Source of the DNA: Perna viridis
Lineage: Eukaryota
NCBI GenBank assembly: GCA_037379345.1
Contig: CM074524.1
Span: 26,408,750-26,472,749, forward strand
Reading direction: 5' to 3'
Length of the DNA stretch: 64,000 nt
Each line of letters opens with the position of its first letter. Positions within the stretch are counted from its first letter, which is position 1. The translations under genes and the position numbers were made by a program. The notes beneath the pieces were generated by a model. That model saw nothing but the letters and a program-made list of their open reading frames with translations. It was not told the origin of the DNA and did no database searches. Positions 1 to 13,683 of this stretch are shown piece by piece.

Positions 1-629
1 CGAGACTTGAAACTGCAGTTCAGATTTACAATGTCCTGCACATTTTGAATAATCATCTAGTTTTCAAAAAGAATTAAATACAATTTTGATCATGTGAGGC
101 TAAACAGAGGGATTATAGAATTTGTGGGATTTGCATTGAATTGAATTTTCATCATACGATAGAGTAAACATTCACAATGGCATTAGGTATTCAAGGGTTA
201 CAAAACTAAAGTACATGGATATGTTCTACTCTAAAGCAAAATAAAATCAACTTCAACATGCGAGACAGTAACAAATCTGAGACGAAAGTATACATATAAT
301 AAAATATATAAACGTATTTCTAATTTTCACAGATTTTGAAAAGTGAACACATTCCATGCATATGGTGGGATATATAGTGTTAAAATCAGTTTCGCGGGTC
401 CTACTATTTTTGCTATTCTGTCCACCGCAATATGTTTACAATAACCAAATCAAGACACCCCCCTTCTGTTCTTGTTTCCCTTATCTTTAACTTTTATGTG
501 TAATATATTTATTCGGTTCATGTATGTAGATTGTCTCTGTTTCATGTGTTCACGTTTTGGCTCTGTTTAAGGCTTTTAATACATGTATATTTTAATCCTC
601 CCACTAGTGACACAAATATTTGCTATACA

Positions 630-874
630 AGAGTAATAAACGGAACACAGATTTGAGCAGAAATCCAAATAATATATTCCAAGGACAAAAGCTAGACAGA
701 GAAAACAAACACAACAGAACAACACAACAACGAACAAGAGATAACCAAAATAACAAGAACAAACTAAAGTAGAAGAGAAATCCAGACTCCATTAAAAAAC
801 TGGGACCATGAATCAGGTGCATCGGTAGGGTAAGCATCCTCTGCTTTTCTAGAAACATCGAGTTGTTCATAAAA
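630..874 (-). mobile_element. Family A PLE 3' UTR copy
   Basis: Diverged match to 1588-1830 (tttctagaaaagcagagga.gcttaccctaccg...attactctt). Confidence 0.8.
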
Positions 875-1587
875 TGTTACGTCTGGATAGACATAAGAGA
901 AACGCAAAACTATGACTACACCTTAACGATCGACATGTCAATGGTGGCCACAACAAAACATGGCAGTGGTTACATTTACGTGCATGTGCAAATCACTAGT
1001 CTCAATTAAACATTTGATAACAGATAACGCAGGCATGTAAAAGCTTAACGACAAACTTTATTGCACTCAGATAATAGTCCTTGTTATTGTTTGCTCTTTG
1101 GTTTGCTAAGTAAAGATTCATGCACAAACTAAAAAAAGGAACAAATGTTATCACAGACAATTTGAAACCTGTTCTCATTCTCCAAAATAGTGCATTTATG
1201 TATTAATCAAAGTACTCATGTACTGAATCAATTTATATCGATCGTTTGAATTTTTAAGCCTACAATATCGCGGGTGTGTTAAGGTAAAATGTCATAAAAA
1301 TGTCATATTTTCATCAACGAAAACGAGCTATTTTTAAACTCATCTTAATACGTGAAATTTCGTCGATGTTCATATTTTAAGTATATAAGTTTGCAGAATA
1401 AAACTTCCCATACACAAAAAGATCAATAAAATGTCAAAACATGCAATAAAAATGGATCACGTGATCGATTACTCAAGACTTGGTCGGACGACATAAAAGT
1501 GCAGTGGGGAGATGACAAAATTGTAAATCCATCCCTGGTTAGATAGTGTTTGTTTAAAAGGAGTACTTTACAAGCGATTAAATCTAT

Positions 1588-2400
1588 TCAAAGAGTAATC
1601 AAGGGAGCCAAGGTTATAGCGGTAATCAAAATAATGTAATCCAGGGACGAAGACTTGACATGGAAAACAGACAAACACAACAAAGAACATACAATAACTA
1701 AAATCATACATACAAAGTAACAAAAGCAAATGAGCAACTCGGACTCCACTAAAAACTGGGAGCATGGACCAGGTGCACCGGTAGGGTAAGCGTCCTCTGC
1801 TTTTCTAGAAACACCCGCCGAGTTGCTCATAAAAAGTCAAGTCCGGGGTAGACAAACGAGGAAAGGAAACACTATGACCCGTTGAACAAATCAGTTTTCA
1901 TGGTGTAGATAGATACACCATAACGATCCACGAGTTCATGATAGAACTTCTGTAGTGATGACTTCAACCTTGTAGCAACATGACCCTGTTCCAGAAGCCT
2001 ATTTGTTAGAGTTCTAGTGCGATACAAAAAGTCTGCGTAGTTTCGGCAAGCTCTGGCATAACGTGTACGTTGTGATATGAACACTCTATACGCAGGTGCT
2101 GAAGGGGTGTTGCCACAGATGAAAGGAAAGTTGACAACTCTGAATGAAAAGTCATCTCGTAAAGTTTGGTCAATAGTTTTCCTTTACCATCGATTTCTAA
2201 GTGTAGGTCAAGATAAGAGGCTGACTTCACAGTGTCTGTAGTATCCTTTATCTCAAGTTCTTTTTGGTAGATGCGAAGTATCAAATCCCCGAAATTAGGA
2301 TTGTTTAAAGATAATACGTCATCTATAGCGGAAACTGAGTTTGAAGGATCTAGCCAAACGATATTCTTCCTTTCTGATCAGATCAGTTATAAAGTCTATT
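1588..2400 (-). mobile_element. 5'-truncated Penelope-like element, Naiad-type (family A): RT C-terminal half plus 3' UTR
   Basis: Frameshifted RT: ...SFRY(I)DDVLSLNN...SASYLDLHLEID...DDFSFRVVNFPFICGNTPSAPAY...RYARAC...RLKSSLQKFY...NGS*. No GIY-YIG follows the RT, as in permuted-domain (Naiad) PLEs; ~280-nt 3' UTR ends CCCTTGATTACTCTTT. Confidence 0.85.
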
Positions 2401-2861
2401 TATGGTTATAAATGGTTGTACTCTTTGTTTTATTTTTTTTTTCAATTCACCATTCTGATTACGAAGGATATAAACAAAATCTGTGATGTATCGTAGCAGT
2501 GCGCCAGCTACGTAATATTCAGGTTCGATATTGGTTTATATGGAATACCTAGATGAATGAACATAAAACTCTCCGACATTCTGCATCATTAAGCTACAAA
2601 GTACTACATGTAGTTGGTCTTTCCCAATGTTGAAGTCAAAACACAATTTAAAGATCTCCAGGTCGAAGCTCTCTGTCAAATCATTCAAACTTAAGTCACA
2701 ATCATTGAAATAATGTATATCTGTAGATACAAGTCCCTCTCAATTAGCTACATTTCGAAGTTGATAAGCTATATAGTTTACGTCCTACAAGTAATCGCAG
2801 AGACACCTATGTGTCACGTACATGGGCTTAGTTTCTGGGCACCTAGTTCCAGAGACTCGTA

Positions 2862-2995
2862 CATTATCATAAACGCCAAAGTCTTTGAATAAAAGTTCAA
2901 CAATTATGTCTGCTGGAAACACTCGCCATTATCATAAACGCCAAAATCTTTGAATAAAAGTTCAACAATTATGTCTGCTGGAAACACTCGCCATT
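2862..2995. repeat. 65-bp tandem duplication
   Basis: Two nearly identical units starting at 2862 and 2927. Confidence 0.95.
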
Positions 2996-2999
2996 CACT

Positions 3000-4015
3000 T
3001 TTAGTACCCTGAAGCACCTACAGCTCTCGTTATAGCACATGGCCAAATAGCCAAATAGAATTATTGTTACAAAAAGGACCAGACCACAGACTGCCAACAT
3101 TCACAAAATTATTCAACCAATACAAGGAACTGACTCTCAAATCCAGATGCACTTGTAAAGGATTAATACGAAAGGATACAGTTATCTCTCACCATTTATT
3201 TTACGGTAATACATGAAACAAAAAAGCTCGATACACACCCAATAAGTTATCTTAATAATTGATCAGGCTTATTGGTAAGGGATATAGTTATGATATTGTT
3301 GTCAAATCGTTAAGGGTATCATTTTGGTAACTATTTACATTGATTCGGTCATATGTCTTTATATATAAATCAAAACACTATATTCAAAAGCAGTTATGGC
3401 AGGGTATGGGTTGTGTCCTTATTGTATGACTTATGATGTACCGTGATTCTCCATGCACCCCGCATGGGAAGAACTGGGATTTATTATACATACGATGTGC
3501 ACGATGTATATAACGTTTTGTAGGTTTAAACTGGTCTTTAGCTGGTATGTCACTTACATAACTGCTAGTAGTCCTTAGTTTTTACATTTGTTTAATTCAT
3601 ATTTAGTTTCTTTATTTCCGTTGTAACAAGGGATCTAGATCTTTTTGAACTGATTTTAGGTGTTTTCAATTGTGTAATATTCTTTTATACAGTGACGGGG
3701 AAGGGGGGTTGTAGTCACGCCAGAGTACGTTAACCCCGACGCGTTTGTATGCGCCTGTCCCAAGTCAGGAATTTCTGGCCTCTGTATGTCTTGTTTCGTT
3801 TTCACCTTTATTTTATTTTTATGTAATTTGAGTATGTAGGGGAAACTCTTCCGCTTTGCCTGTGTATAGTATTGTTTGGGGCCCTCTGCAGCCTGCACTG
3901 TTGTATGAGGATTTCTTTGTCGTTCATTGAAGACCAATTCGTGGCCTTGGCCCGACATTTTCATACCGTTGGTGTTGTTCTCTTTTTGGCATATACACCA
4001 TACATATTCTCGTTA
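3000..4015 (+). mobile_element. Decayed Penelope-like element, Naiad-type (family B): RT C-terminus plus 3' UTR
   Basis: Broken frames read LLLQKG..HRL..TFTKLFNQYKELTLK..CKGLI..SHHLFYGN..LIRLIGKGYSYDIVVKSL, resembling the C-terminus of PLE RTs that lack a C-terminal endonuclease; the downstream UTR contains a twister-like motif. Confidence 0.6.
3697..3770 (+). ncRNA. Twister ribozyme-like motif, circularly permuted (type-P5-like), degenerate
   Basis: GGGG-AA-GGGG ... T-AA-CCCC-GA-CGCG(loop)TGCG-CCTG-TCCCAAGT-CAGG reproduces twister P2, P3, P4, the UCCCAAG loop and pseudoknot T1; P1 is weak and T2 mismatched. Confidence 0.6.
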
Positions 4016-6879
4016 TGCACATGTATAAACAAATCTGTTATTCAGTTGTTTTTTATCGGTGTATATGATGAAACGTATAGTTATTTATTCTAATCTGTCT
4101 GGTCTTGAGAGATAGGTAACATAAAAAAAATTAATAGTTTCTGTGGTATTACTATGTCATTTGTAGTAAACACATCAGTTGTTATGACGCCTAAGATTAA
4201 GGATGATATGAGAAGCCACGTTTAAATTTCTGTTTATTACAGTGTTTTTAACAAAACATCAAAAATTAAAATATCAAAGCTTTCCATGTATCACATTTTG
4301 CATGATTCTTAGCTGTAGTGCTACTTGAGGTTTAAGTACTGGAGATGGAAGACGTCAATAGAATAAGATCCTCTGTACAAGTCGTTGCATGCTAATCCAA
4401 GAAATTGTTCAAATACAATGAAAGACATGAATGAACCTTTGACAGCGTCTGGTACGTATAGAATGGACAAGAAGTGTCTTAAAAGAAATTATATTCTACA
4501 TATTATTTTAAAAATGCATTAAATACCGAAAGGCGTAATTAGTGTAAACAGTATTTTATTAAAGAAAACATATGTTAACATAATAATAAACATGTTGGGG
4601 ATTGGAAACAAATGACGCAGCACTTTTCCTTTCCCGTAATGAGGAGACTTATGAAGTTAAAGTTGCACTTAACCATATATTTTGACTTAAGAAGCAGTGC
4701 ATCCACGCATACCACGTGATTTAAGAAGAGATTAAAAGGTCGTGAAATCAAGTTGAAAACAAAACAATTACGGTTTTACTTCCGTTCTGAAAACCTTTCA
4801 TATCTTTCATTAGCCAAATATCATGAAATAAAAGTACACATATAAACTACAGCGCCAATATTAACCCTTTATTCCGGGTGACACAATCTTAATATCTGTT
4901 TTTGTGACTAGAACTATGTATTAGATTTTATACAGGAAATATACTACAGATTCATTTCATCAATTATTCATTTGGTGTGTGTATATATCTACCAGAAACA
5001 AATAAGAACTCTAAATTTGAATAAACGAAGTTATGTTGATGAAGTAGAATTGTCGAATCTACTGTGCCGTCAGTCTGACGCCCTTTATCACACCCCTGTA
5101 AATATCGGAGCACTTCTCGGAATTTTCTATAATTTTCTTTGCGGGGTTGCTAAGAAATTGTGTTTGAATTAACCAAACTTGATATGACCTAAACACAATT
5201 TCATCAACCACCACTCCCTCGCTTAGCTACGTTAACAAGTAACACGCAGCAAAACTAAAACATATGGACATATTTCCAAATATACATGCACGACATAACG
5301 TAAATGAGATAACTTCAAACCAGGTCAAGGGTTATTGGACCTTCGGTGACGAATTTCCACGGAAGTTGAAGAAAATAGGTTAACCCTGCATACGAATTAC
5401 TGAAATTCAACTTCCAGAGGTTTCGTAGTCTGTTACACATGTCTAGTCAAAAACCATCGGAAACTCTTTGAGGCTTAAGTTGAAGTAGACGATATATGCT
5501 TATAAATATAGTTCTTAATGAGTAAGATTTATAGACTGATCTTTCAATTTATCAGTGAAAAGTTTCTTTTTATGCCAATGACATTGAGACAGAAGCGAGG
5601 ACCATTATTACTGAACAGTTCAATTAAATGTTTATTTACTGAATGACTGCAGTTGATGAATGTTATCTGACATTCATGATCTCGTTCTGAGTAGACACAT
5701 TTATATATAACTTAACCGAATTAAATCGATTAGGAAACTAGAGGTGAAGAAAAATGTCAGTTCTAAGCAATTGTTGACCAGGAGGGAATTCATACTTATA
5801 TGGACTAGTATTGGGCGGGACTTATAAAATTACAGAATTCGGTCTTGTAGATGTCGAGAAAAAAAAATTGCTTAATTCCTGTCACGAAATATATTTTCTC
5901 TAGAACATTATATAAGAACACTGTTTACCAGAATCATTCCGCTTGTTTAGTTAAAGTTGTATACAGGAACACACAGTCAACTAGTATGAAAAACAAATAT
6001 GTGACAATAGTCACATTTAATAAATAAAAATAAACTGAATAAAATACAAATGAAACTTAAGAAAAGACAGACACGCATTCAACGAATACTTGCATAGCAG
6101 TACATACATATAGTCCCCAGACGGCCGAGTAATGCGAGGATGCTGATCTTTCTGGGTCATCTTTAGTTAACTTCAAAACCCCCAAGTCCACATATACAGG
6201 TATTCTGAAGTGCACTTAAACTAACATCTAATATTAACTGCACTGGATCTTATTCAAACGGGGGATGGGGGTTACTCCATTATTTAATGATAGGTGCGCA
6301 TTTTTTAAAAGAATCTTTAACCGAATCTATGTAAGCCCAAGTCTGGATATCCATACCCAAATCTAGGGATGATGCAAGTCAATGTCATTATCTATGAGGC
6401 GTGGATTCATATATAGGATAATGCTATGATACCAAATGACCTCTGTGTAAGATCCATGCTTAAAAGTACAATTACACATATAACATTAAATACATGTATA
6501 TGTTATACAAGGGAGAAAAAATACCCAAAATCTACGCAAAACTAAATTGAAAAAGGGAGCTTCGGATTATGCAAACCCCCGCGTATTCTAGTACAGTTAT
6601 TTAGGGACTAATCCCCCACCGGAGTATACGCACCCTCCGCTTTTCCAGAAACAGCCCCTGAGTTACATGTTGTACTCATGAAATGTCAAGTCCGGGGAGG
6701 ATGATAGAGGAAACTATGCCAAGGTGAACAAATCGGTTCTCATGGTGCAGAAAGAACACCATTACAATTACACTTTTGTATATTAATGACAATATACAAA
6801 AGTGTAATCGTAATGGTGTTTGGATTTTTAAGAGCATAGGTGCAGAAGCCTCCAAAGGTACAGTGATCAATATTGATAG

Positions 6880-7073
6880 AAGTGGCGGATTCAGAGTTTT
6901 AGGTAAGCCCCCCCCCCACCCCCCACAAAAAAAAAGTAAAATAAAATAATAATAATAATAATAATAAAATAAAATTAAACAAATGCCTTGACAGGATCAC
7001 GAAGTGAGTGTGTTTCGTGATTTGGCACATATAATTTTTGTAAGGGGGGACTCTCCTTCGGGATCCGCCAGTG
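6880..7073. mobile_element. Small TIR element
   Basis: agtggcggattc ... ggatccgccagtg inverted termini. Confidence 0.5.
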
Positions 7074-8070
7074 ATAGATCGAAAAAAAAATAAAGAACTA
7101 TAGTTGGGTAAGAAGGGAAAAGTAAAAAGTGTCAATTCTGCTGCTTAGTGATGTAGCTATTTATAAAAAAGACACCAACTCGTTCATTAGACAAAATCAC
7201 ACAGTTTAACCTTGATCGATCCTGAATGCAGGTAAAGATTAAATGTAAACAGTCACAAAATATAGCTGAATTAGATTTTCTAGATACACGCACGCAATGA
7301 ATGGGAGGAACGAGGCTGAAAAAGGAAATCGAATAACAGGAAAGACTTAGTATATTTATAAGGTTCATTCAATTTCACTGTGCACTGTCCTTGATATATG
7401 GTTTGAATATGTATCAAGCTGGTTCGGTATGAATAGTATGGAGGCCGAAAACAGATCATTGACTTTAAGTTACTAATCTGCATATATATACTTTAGCCAG
7501 AAAGTATGAATGGGGAAACGATAGGCGGAATGAATGAATCGATGGACGGATGCATCCACTGCATTGAATGAAAACAATGAAAATGAACACTTGTGGTAAG
7601 GGATAAATGAAAAATAATGGTCGAGAATTGCGATTCGCAAATTATTTTATAGAATTGTGGAGAAAAATAAAAAAAATCATGTAATTATAAAGAAATATAT
7701 CGTTTTTAGGGAGAAGCCTTCAAAAATTAGCACCTGAGAAACGAAAGGATGTCAATGAATATAAAGAACAAATCAAGCAAGTATAATGGATTACTATATA
7801 AAACAACACTATTGCACGAAACAGACAATTAAAGAACTTATTTTTTTTTAAACCAGAGGAAAATAATAAAATTAAATAAAATAATACTGATATTATTTTT
7901 TTCCATTTTAATGTATCAGCTGTGACAGTTAAAAAATACTTTTCCTCTTCAGGACGTTGACTGCATGTATTTGGAATGAAAATGTGTTTGTTTTCCGGAT
8001 GTTGCGTTTAAGGAAATGGCTGAAAACTCTATTGTAACTCTGTAGATCATTCATTAGACTGGAGTCACCC

Positions 8071-8575
8071 TTCTTAGCTCACCTGCATGGCCGTAGGCCA
8101 TGTGAGCTATTGTCATCACTTGGCGTCCGTCGTTGTCGTATATAGTCGTCGTCGTCGTTTATAATTTCATCAAACATGTTCTCCTCTGAAACTACTGAAT
8201 GGAATTTGTATGAAACTGAAGAAGATTGTTCCTTTGAATATCCTGCTCAAAAATGACCGTTTGGATTTTTGATCGATGAAAAGACATGGCTGCCTTTACT
8301 AAAAATAGAACATAGGGGTCAAACAGCAGATTTTTGCATATCTTCAAAACCGTTAGGTTTAACCAAGTTCTGACATTGAGTGAAAGTATTCAGCATGATG
8401 AGATCTATCTGTGGTCAAATTTTGGTGAAAATATGCTAACCCTTGTTGGAGTTATTGCCCTTTCTTGGACTTTTTTTTTGCTGGTAACAAAGCCTGATAA
8501 AATAATTTACTTACTTAGTTACATGTAATAAGGAATGGTTTGTCAGGTGAGCGATTCGGGTTCTTCGAGAGCGTA
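8071..8575 (+). mobile_element. Non-autonomous Helentron-type element
   Basis: ttagctcacctg...gtgagct at the left end, (cgt)n microsatellite, satellite-like core, caggtgagcga subterminal inverted repeat at the right end. Confidence 0.7.
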
Positions 8576-9329
8576 TTGTTTTACAAATGTTATCCAATTT
8601 ATTCACAAACGACAATGGTGTTGTCTTGGTTATTGAATGACAGCTTATTCCTAACGCATTATTCGCTAAATGTTTCTTTTGTATGTCGATAATCTCTATT
8701 TTTTTCTTATAATTAATCAATTATTAGGAGTGGGATATTGTTATGTCGTGTGTATGTATCCCGGTTGTGTATACGTGTACTTCTCTTTTTCTTTTTTTTA
8801 AATTTCCTAAATATGCTCTTACGCATTTACATTAGATTACGGTTTTTTTTTCTTTGAAAAAGAGGGCGTACGCCCAATATGGCTGCACCTGGACCCGCCA
8901 CATGGAGATTAACATTGTTTCAAACAGCCATCGCAGATCCGCCATTGTTAAATGTTTTGAGATATCACATTGTCCAAGGAATATACATGTATATAGCTTA
9001 ACTCCTTGCATTGCCTGAGTTGTAAACACGTGTTTTAGGCTGTTATTTTAACCCATTTCCATGCAGTGCCATACCTCTGCCTTTTTGTCAGATAATTTAA
9101 GTAAAATGAGCATACGATGTTAGTCACGCTCATCTCGCTAATCATAATCCTCAATCGGAAAATCAATTTCGTTTACTCAGAATTGCCGTTACTTGAACTG
9201 GGGACATTTTACAAATATTTAGTATTGATCACAAGACGCTGATCATTAAAGGGAAACATAGAAACGTATAACTTACAAAGCTATTTTGAAATAATATTTG
9301 TTTAAAATGGAAAACCAATTATGCGCTGA

Positions 9330-9581
9330 ATTTCGTAACAGTCACGTAAATTACGAATGCTTTTATTGTCGAAACAGACTATAGTACGTCCTTCGTCGAT
9401 CTGTTTTGTTTTTCGGTGATTGGTTAATCCCGTTTGTATTGAAGTTCAAGGTTGATCGTCGAGGCAGTACACAAACCGATTTTGATAACACTATAAGTTG
9501 AGTAATTCTTTTGTGAATGGAAGTATTTTCGATGTCTTTGTATACCACCGACCCGGGTTAGAATTTTATGGGAATTACAAA
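9330..9581 (+). promoter_or_regulatory. Putative promoter / 5' UTR of the secreted-protein gene
   Basis: CpG-retaining segment directly upstream of the first ATG; CpG drops abruptly once intron 1 begins. Confidence 0.45.
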
Positions 9582-9705
9582 ATGAAAAATGTGGAAGTTG
9601 TTTTTAAGATGAATTGGATGAATAAGTTTTTGGTGTTTTATTTATCGGTGATATTTATTTTTTTGTGCAAACTTTCGGAAGCGATTACGGAGCAAAGGTT
9701 TCCAG
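9582..9705 (+). CDS. Exon 1 of uncharacterised secreted protein (signal peptide)
   Basis: MKNVEVVFKMNWMNKFLVFYLSVIFIFLCKLSEAITEQRFP: hydrophobic core then an SEA|I cleavage-like site; strong donor CAG|GTGAG (phase 1); follows a CpG-containing 5' region. Alternative ATGs at 9609 and 9618. Confidence 0.8.
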
Positions 9706-12213
9706 GTGAGAAAATCATTATTAATCGTTTTATTACACCTGACAACACTGTCTCATAATTGTGTATTTAAAAAATGAAATACACAATAATGATCTATGGA
9801 TTATTAACATTTTTTCGGCAATACACAGAAAAATAATATCAACCATATTAAAGTAGAGAGGAATTTGAGTTTAATGATTGTTTTGTTTTAATTTGTTAAT
9901 TGGTAATCACTGTGTTATGTACATATTTTTGTACATTAAATTGACTAGAAATGACAACTTTTTTTCAATATGTGAAAATGGATTTGTACATTATTTATAT
10001 AATATTTTTTGTGAAAAGATATTTTCAAAATACACATGTACTTCAATTACTAAATGATGAGTACAATTAAAAAAATATGTATAAATATTTATATCAGATT
10101 AAAATCAGGCAAATTAAAACTATATGTGCATTTTCATGCATGTACATAGTGTAGATCCATCATACATGTATTTTGTATGTATAATGACAATGTACACATT
10201 TGCATTTCATCACTGACAATAATCTTAAGGGTGTTACTTTCATACATGCACTTGGGTGTACAAATGTACATGTACATGCATATTGCATAGTCATGTGTCC
10301 ATGTTTAATTTTTAATTACCTTATGTATAGGATATAATGTGGATGGGTTGGGCGTCTGACAACCTCTTATTTAAACCTATATTAATATCATATATATACA
10401 TGTATTAAGGCATTGCTCTGCGAGTATTAACACATTATGTACACAATAGATTGCTTTCATCATTAGATCAACCTATTTAATCACATTTTATGTCAGTAAT
10501 CATAAAAATGTCATGAACCAAATTACTTTTATTGACCAGCTTTTCGGCATGTTCTTTCTGTTGATTGTATTTTTTTTATGATGTACAATTTGTATAAAAA
10601 AAATGAAAATTTTTCAACCTACAATGTAAAAATAGCATTATCATGTCTCTTTTTATTCTGTAGGAAAATCAATGAAATGGATACTGCAATTGACCTGTTC
10701 ATTGAATTAAAATATCCTCTAAACATGATACATGATAAAATTCAGTAAAATGTGTTTAATTTGCAGCAGCAAAATGTACATTTGGTAGAACTGAAAATCT
10801 TCTAAAAATGACTGGGTGACTTCTATATGTTTATCTGTTGGTTAACATGGTAAACTGTAATTATCGAAGAACTACATGTACATTTGTGTTTCACTCTTAT
10901 TATCCCTTAATGTGAACCATATTATGGTCTTTGTATGTGTTTTTGATTAGCATGTGAAATCAATCATGAAAAAAAAAAACATGCGTGTACAGCATGTACT
11001 GAATTACAAAAATGTACTTCTGCTAATTTGCATTGATTTGTAAACACTAATCCGTTTCATAATCAAGTCAAATCAAAAATAAATCTGTCAGAGGTTGTCA
11101 GAGGCACCAGCCCTTTCAGATTATTATATCCTATATTTTAAGATAGGTTTTTAAACCGCTGTACCGCTGTATACTGAACTTCTTGTAGCCACGGCCATGT
11201 TGTTTCATAATTTTTTTTTATGAATTTTGAACCTCCACATGGGAGAGCAAGGCAATTCTAGTAAATGACGAAATGCTGAAAAAGTCAGGTTACCGGAAAC
11301 ACATAATTTTTTTTAGGCCCTACATGTAACTTTATTCTCCACAAGTGTTTTTACCACAATTTACTTCCATGAAATCCCTTTCTTTTTTGTAACTTTGTGA
11401 CTCCCAAAAAGCGCACATCTTAATGCTCTGAACTTTCCCCCTCTGTTTGCCAGCAAACTTACAAATGTACATGGATAATGGTGTCATAAAATCATTGGAC
11501 CATTCTGACCAATGCACTTTTCGTTTTTTCCAGGAGGATGAATTAAATATACATGTATATATTTAATTAGTACTTAAATCAAAGTTACTTACCTATATTT
11601 AAATTTCCTTTATCATCATCTCAATCCCCAAAAAATCTAATTAAGAAATACAGAACATTAACAAAAATGTCTTTGTATACATGTACATGTAGTGCTTATA
11701 TAACAAATTGAAAGACAATTTTCAGTGTCAAAGACATTTTGATACTGACTAAACATACATACATATTGTACATGTACATGTACATTTTGTACATATCAAG
11801 CATATTGAATGAAAATTCATTGCTATTTCTATTGAATTTATGCAATATAAAATTCATTGTGCTGAAATGTCTGTTTTTAAGTTTCAAAGCATCAGGGAGT
11901 ACATGTATCTATCCGAACTTCTCAACATTTCCAGGTGATCAAATTCACATGTCAGAGTATTTGTTACACATATGTTAAGGGTCTGTGTAGTGTTAATAAA
12001 GAAACAATCATGTGCGCTTATTATATTCACCAACCTAAGCAGAAAAACTACAATTTATAACCGGTCTCAAACAGAAAAAAATAAGTGATGTAATTTGATT
12101 CATAAATGGTACAATAACTGAAGTTCAGGTGAAATTCCATACAACCATCATAACATAATTATTTTTGACTTCTAAATGCTGAAATATTTAGAGGTTTATA
12201 TGCAGAAATAGCA

Positions 12214-12332
12214 TACATTTTCTACAGTATCTGCTCCCTCAAGTCAAATACATGTACATTTTCTACAGTATCTGCTCCCTCAAGTCAAATACATGTACAT
12301 TTTCTACAGTATCTGCTCCCTTAAGTGAAATA
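12214..12332. repeat. 41-bp minisatellite, about 3 units
   Basis: tacattttctacagtatctgctccctcaagtcaaatacatg at 12214, 12255 and 12296. Confidence 0.95.
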
Positions 12333-12781
12333 TATTAGGTTCATTGTCACAAAGTTTATCAACATCTCACCATTGAACATATTAGTTTATAGTGTACATT
12401 GTAACAATTCTTCCCATTAGTAATTGTACATTGTACAATTAATGGTCATTTGCCAAAGAAGTGAACGACCTCTGTTTCACCAAGACCAACCTTAAATTAG
12501 AAAAATGTTAGATTGCCAGGTCTGATAAGTTTCTTGGAGGGAAATGAACATGAAAGTAAACTATTTTTCATCTTCACTACATGTGTCATACACCAGGTGC
12601 AATGTGTATATATTTCAACTGTAATACCCAGAGGAAACCTTTACAGTGACATTATGTAATGAAATTACTTGAATTTGTATCTACAAAGTTAAAGCATGCT
12701 AGGGTGCTTAAAGGAAAATGTGTTCAAGTCAATCTTTTTTTTTTTGGCTGAGTTGTGGCCCTTGAACTTGTATATTTTTAT

Positions 12782-12936
12782 CAGGGATTTCAAAAACTTT
12801 TATTTCAACAGAATAACGTAAGATTCAGATTTTTTTTCTGTTGGAGTGCTATTACAAAATTTATATTTTGATAGTTGATTTTAATTGAAGTGAAGCGTTG
12901 AAATTCACTAGGTGCCTCCTGTTATTGAAAACCCTG
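12782..12936. mobile_element. MITE (CAGGG...CCCTG TIRs); second copy at about 15006-15173
   Basis: cagggatttcaaaaac / gttattgaaaaccctg; internal sequence shared with 15006-15173. Confidence 0.65.
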
Positions 12937-12989
12937 TAAACTGTGAAGGATGTTGATTCAAACAAGTTAATTTGATTATTTGGAATGTA

Positions 12990-13683
12990 CAGTTAAACCT
13001 GTCTATAGTGACCTTTCAAGGGCCATTGATAAAAAGGTTACCAACAACAACCACATATTAAATTATCTCTTTGTCATAAAAATGTCTATTGATTCTGTTG
13101 AAATGCTTTAACTGTTAAAAAGTATTTTTGTTTTAAAACAATTTATCCAGAGGAATTGTTTTTAGGGTCGTTTAACACCTTAAGTTTTCCTTTTCGTAAA
13201 TTCTGAATCTGTGGTTTCCCAATACCAAATAATTCTTTAGGTTTCTATGCAGGCTTGCCGTTATCTAAAATCAAATAATATCTTCCACTTTTTGTTTTAA
13301 AGGTCCAATGTTTTTCTCTTTGGAGAAGCCATTTTTCTAAGGAGATTTTCCTTAACAAACAGCATTCACCTCATGAATGAAGATTATTTTTAACTTAGTT
13401 TTCCAATTGGTTAATCTGAATCTCGTTCTTGAAGAATTTTAGGATTATTTCATGGACTGTCATAAATCATTTTGAAAGAGATTGGAAAATGTCAACTTCA
13501 AGTTTTGTCCTAGCAATGAGAAAGTCTACCTACATGTACACAGAGATTTGCATTGGGGGATCAGTTTTCGGTGGTTGTTAGTTGCCTTTTAAAAGTTGCC
13601 ATTATATAGAGGTACATGTACATGTAAAATGCATAAGGCAGGAGGTCGTTTTAGGGAGGGGGTTGCTAGTACAAATTTTACTG
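12990..13683. mobile_element. Tc1/mariner-type MITE remnant
   Basis: TA|cagttaaacctgt ... acaaattttactg|TA; imperfect TIRs with TA flanks. Confidence 0.5.

Noticed and set aside
1780-1816. Twister-sister assignment of the orphan motif (GCA...GCT and GGTGCA resemble its conserved words)
   Set aside because: Helix order and loop sequence do not fit; AGC/GCT more simply form a hairpin.
1872-2400. Selenocysteine recoding or SECIS in the Naiad-type element
   Set aside because: No conserved in-frame TGA is visible in the surviving RT part, and I could not identify SECIS core and apical motifs in the 3' UTR structure.
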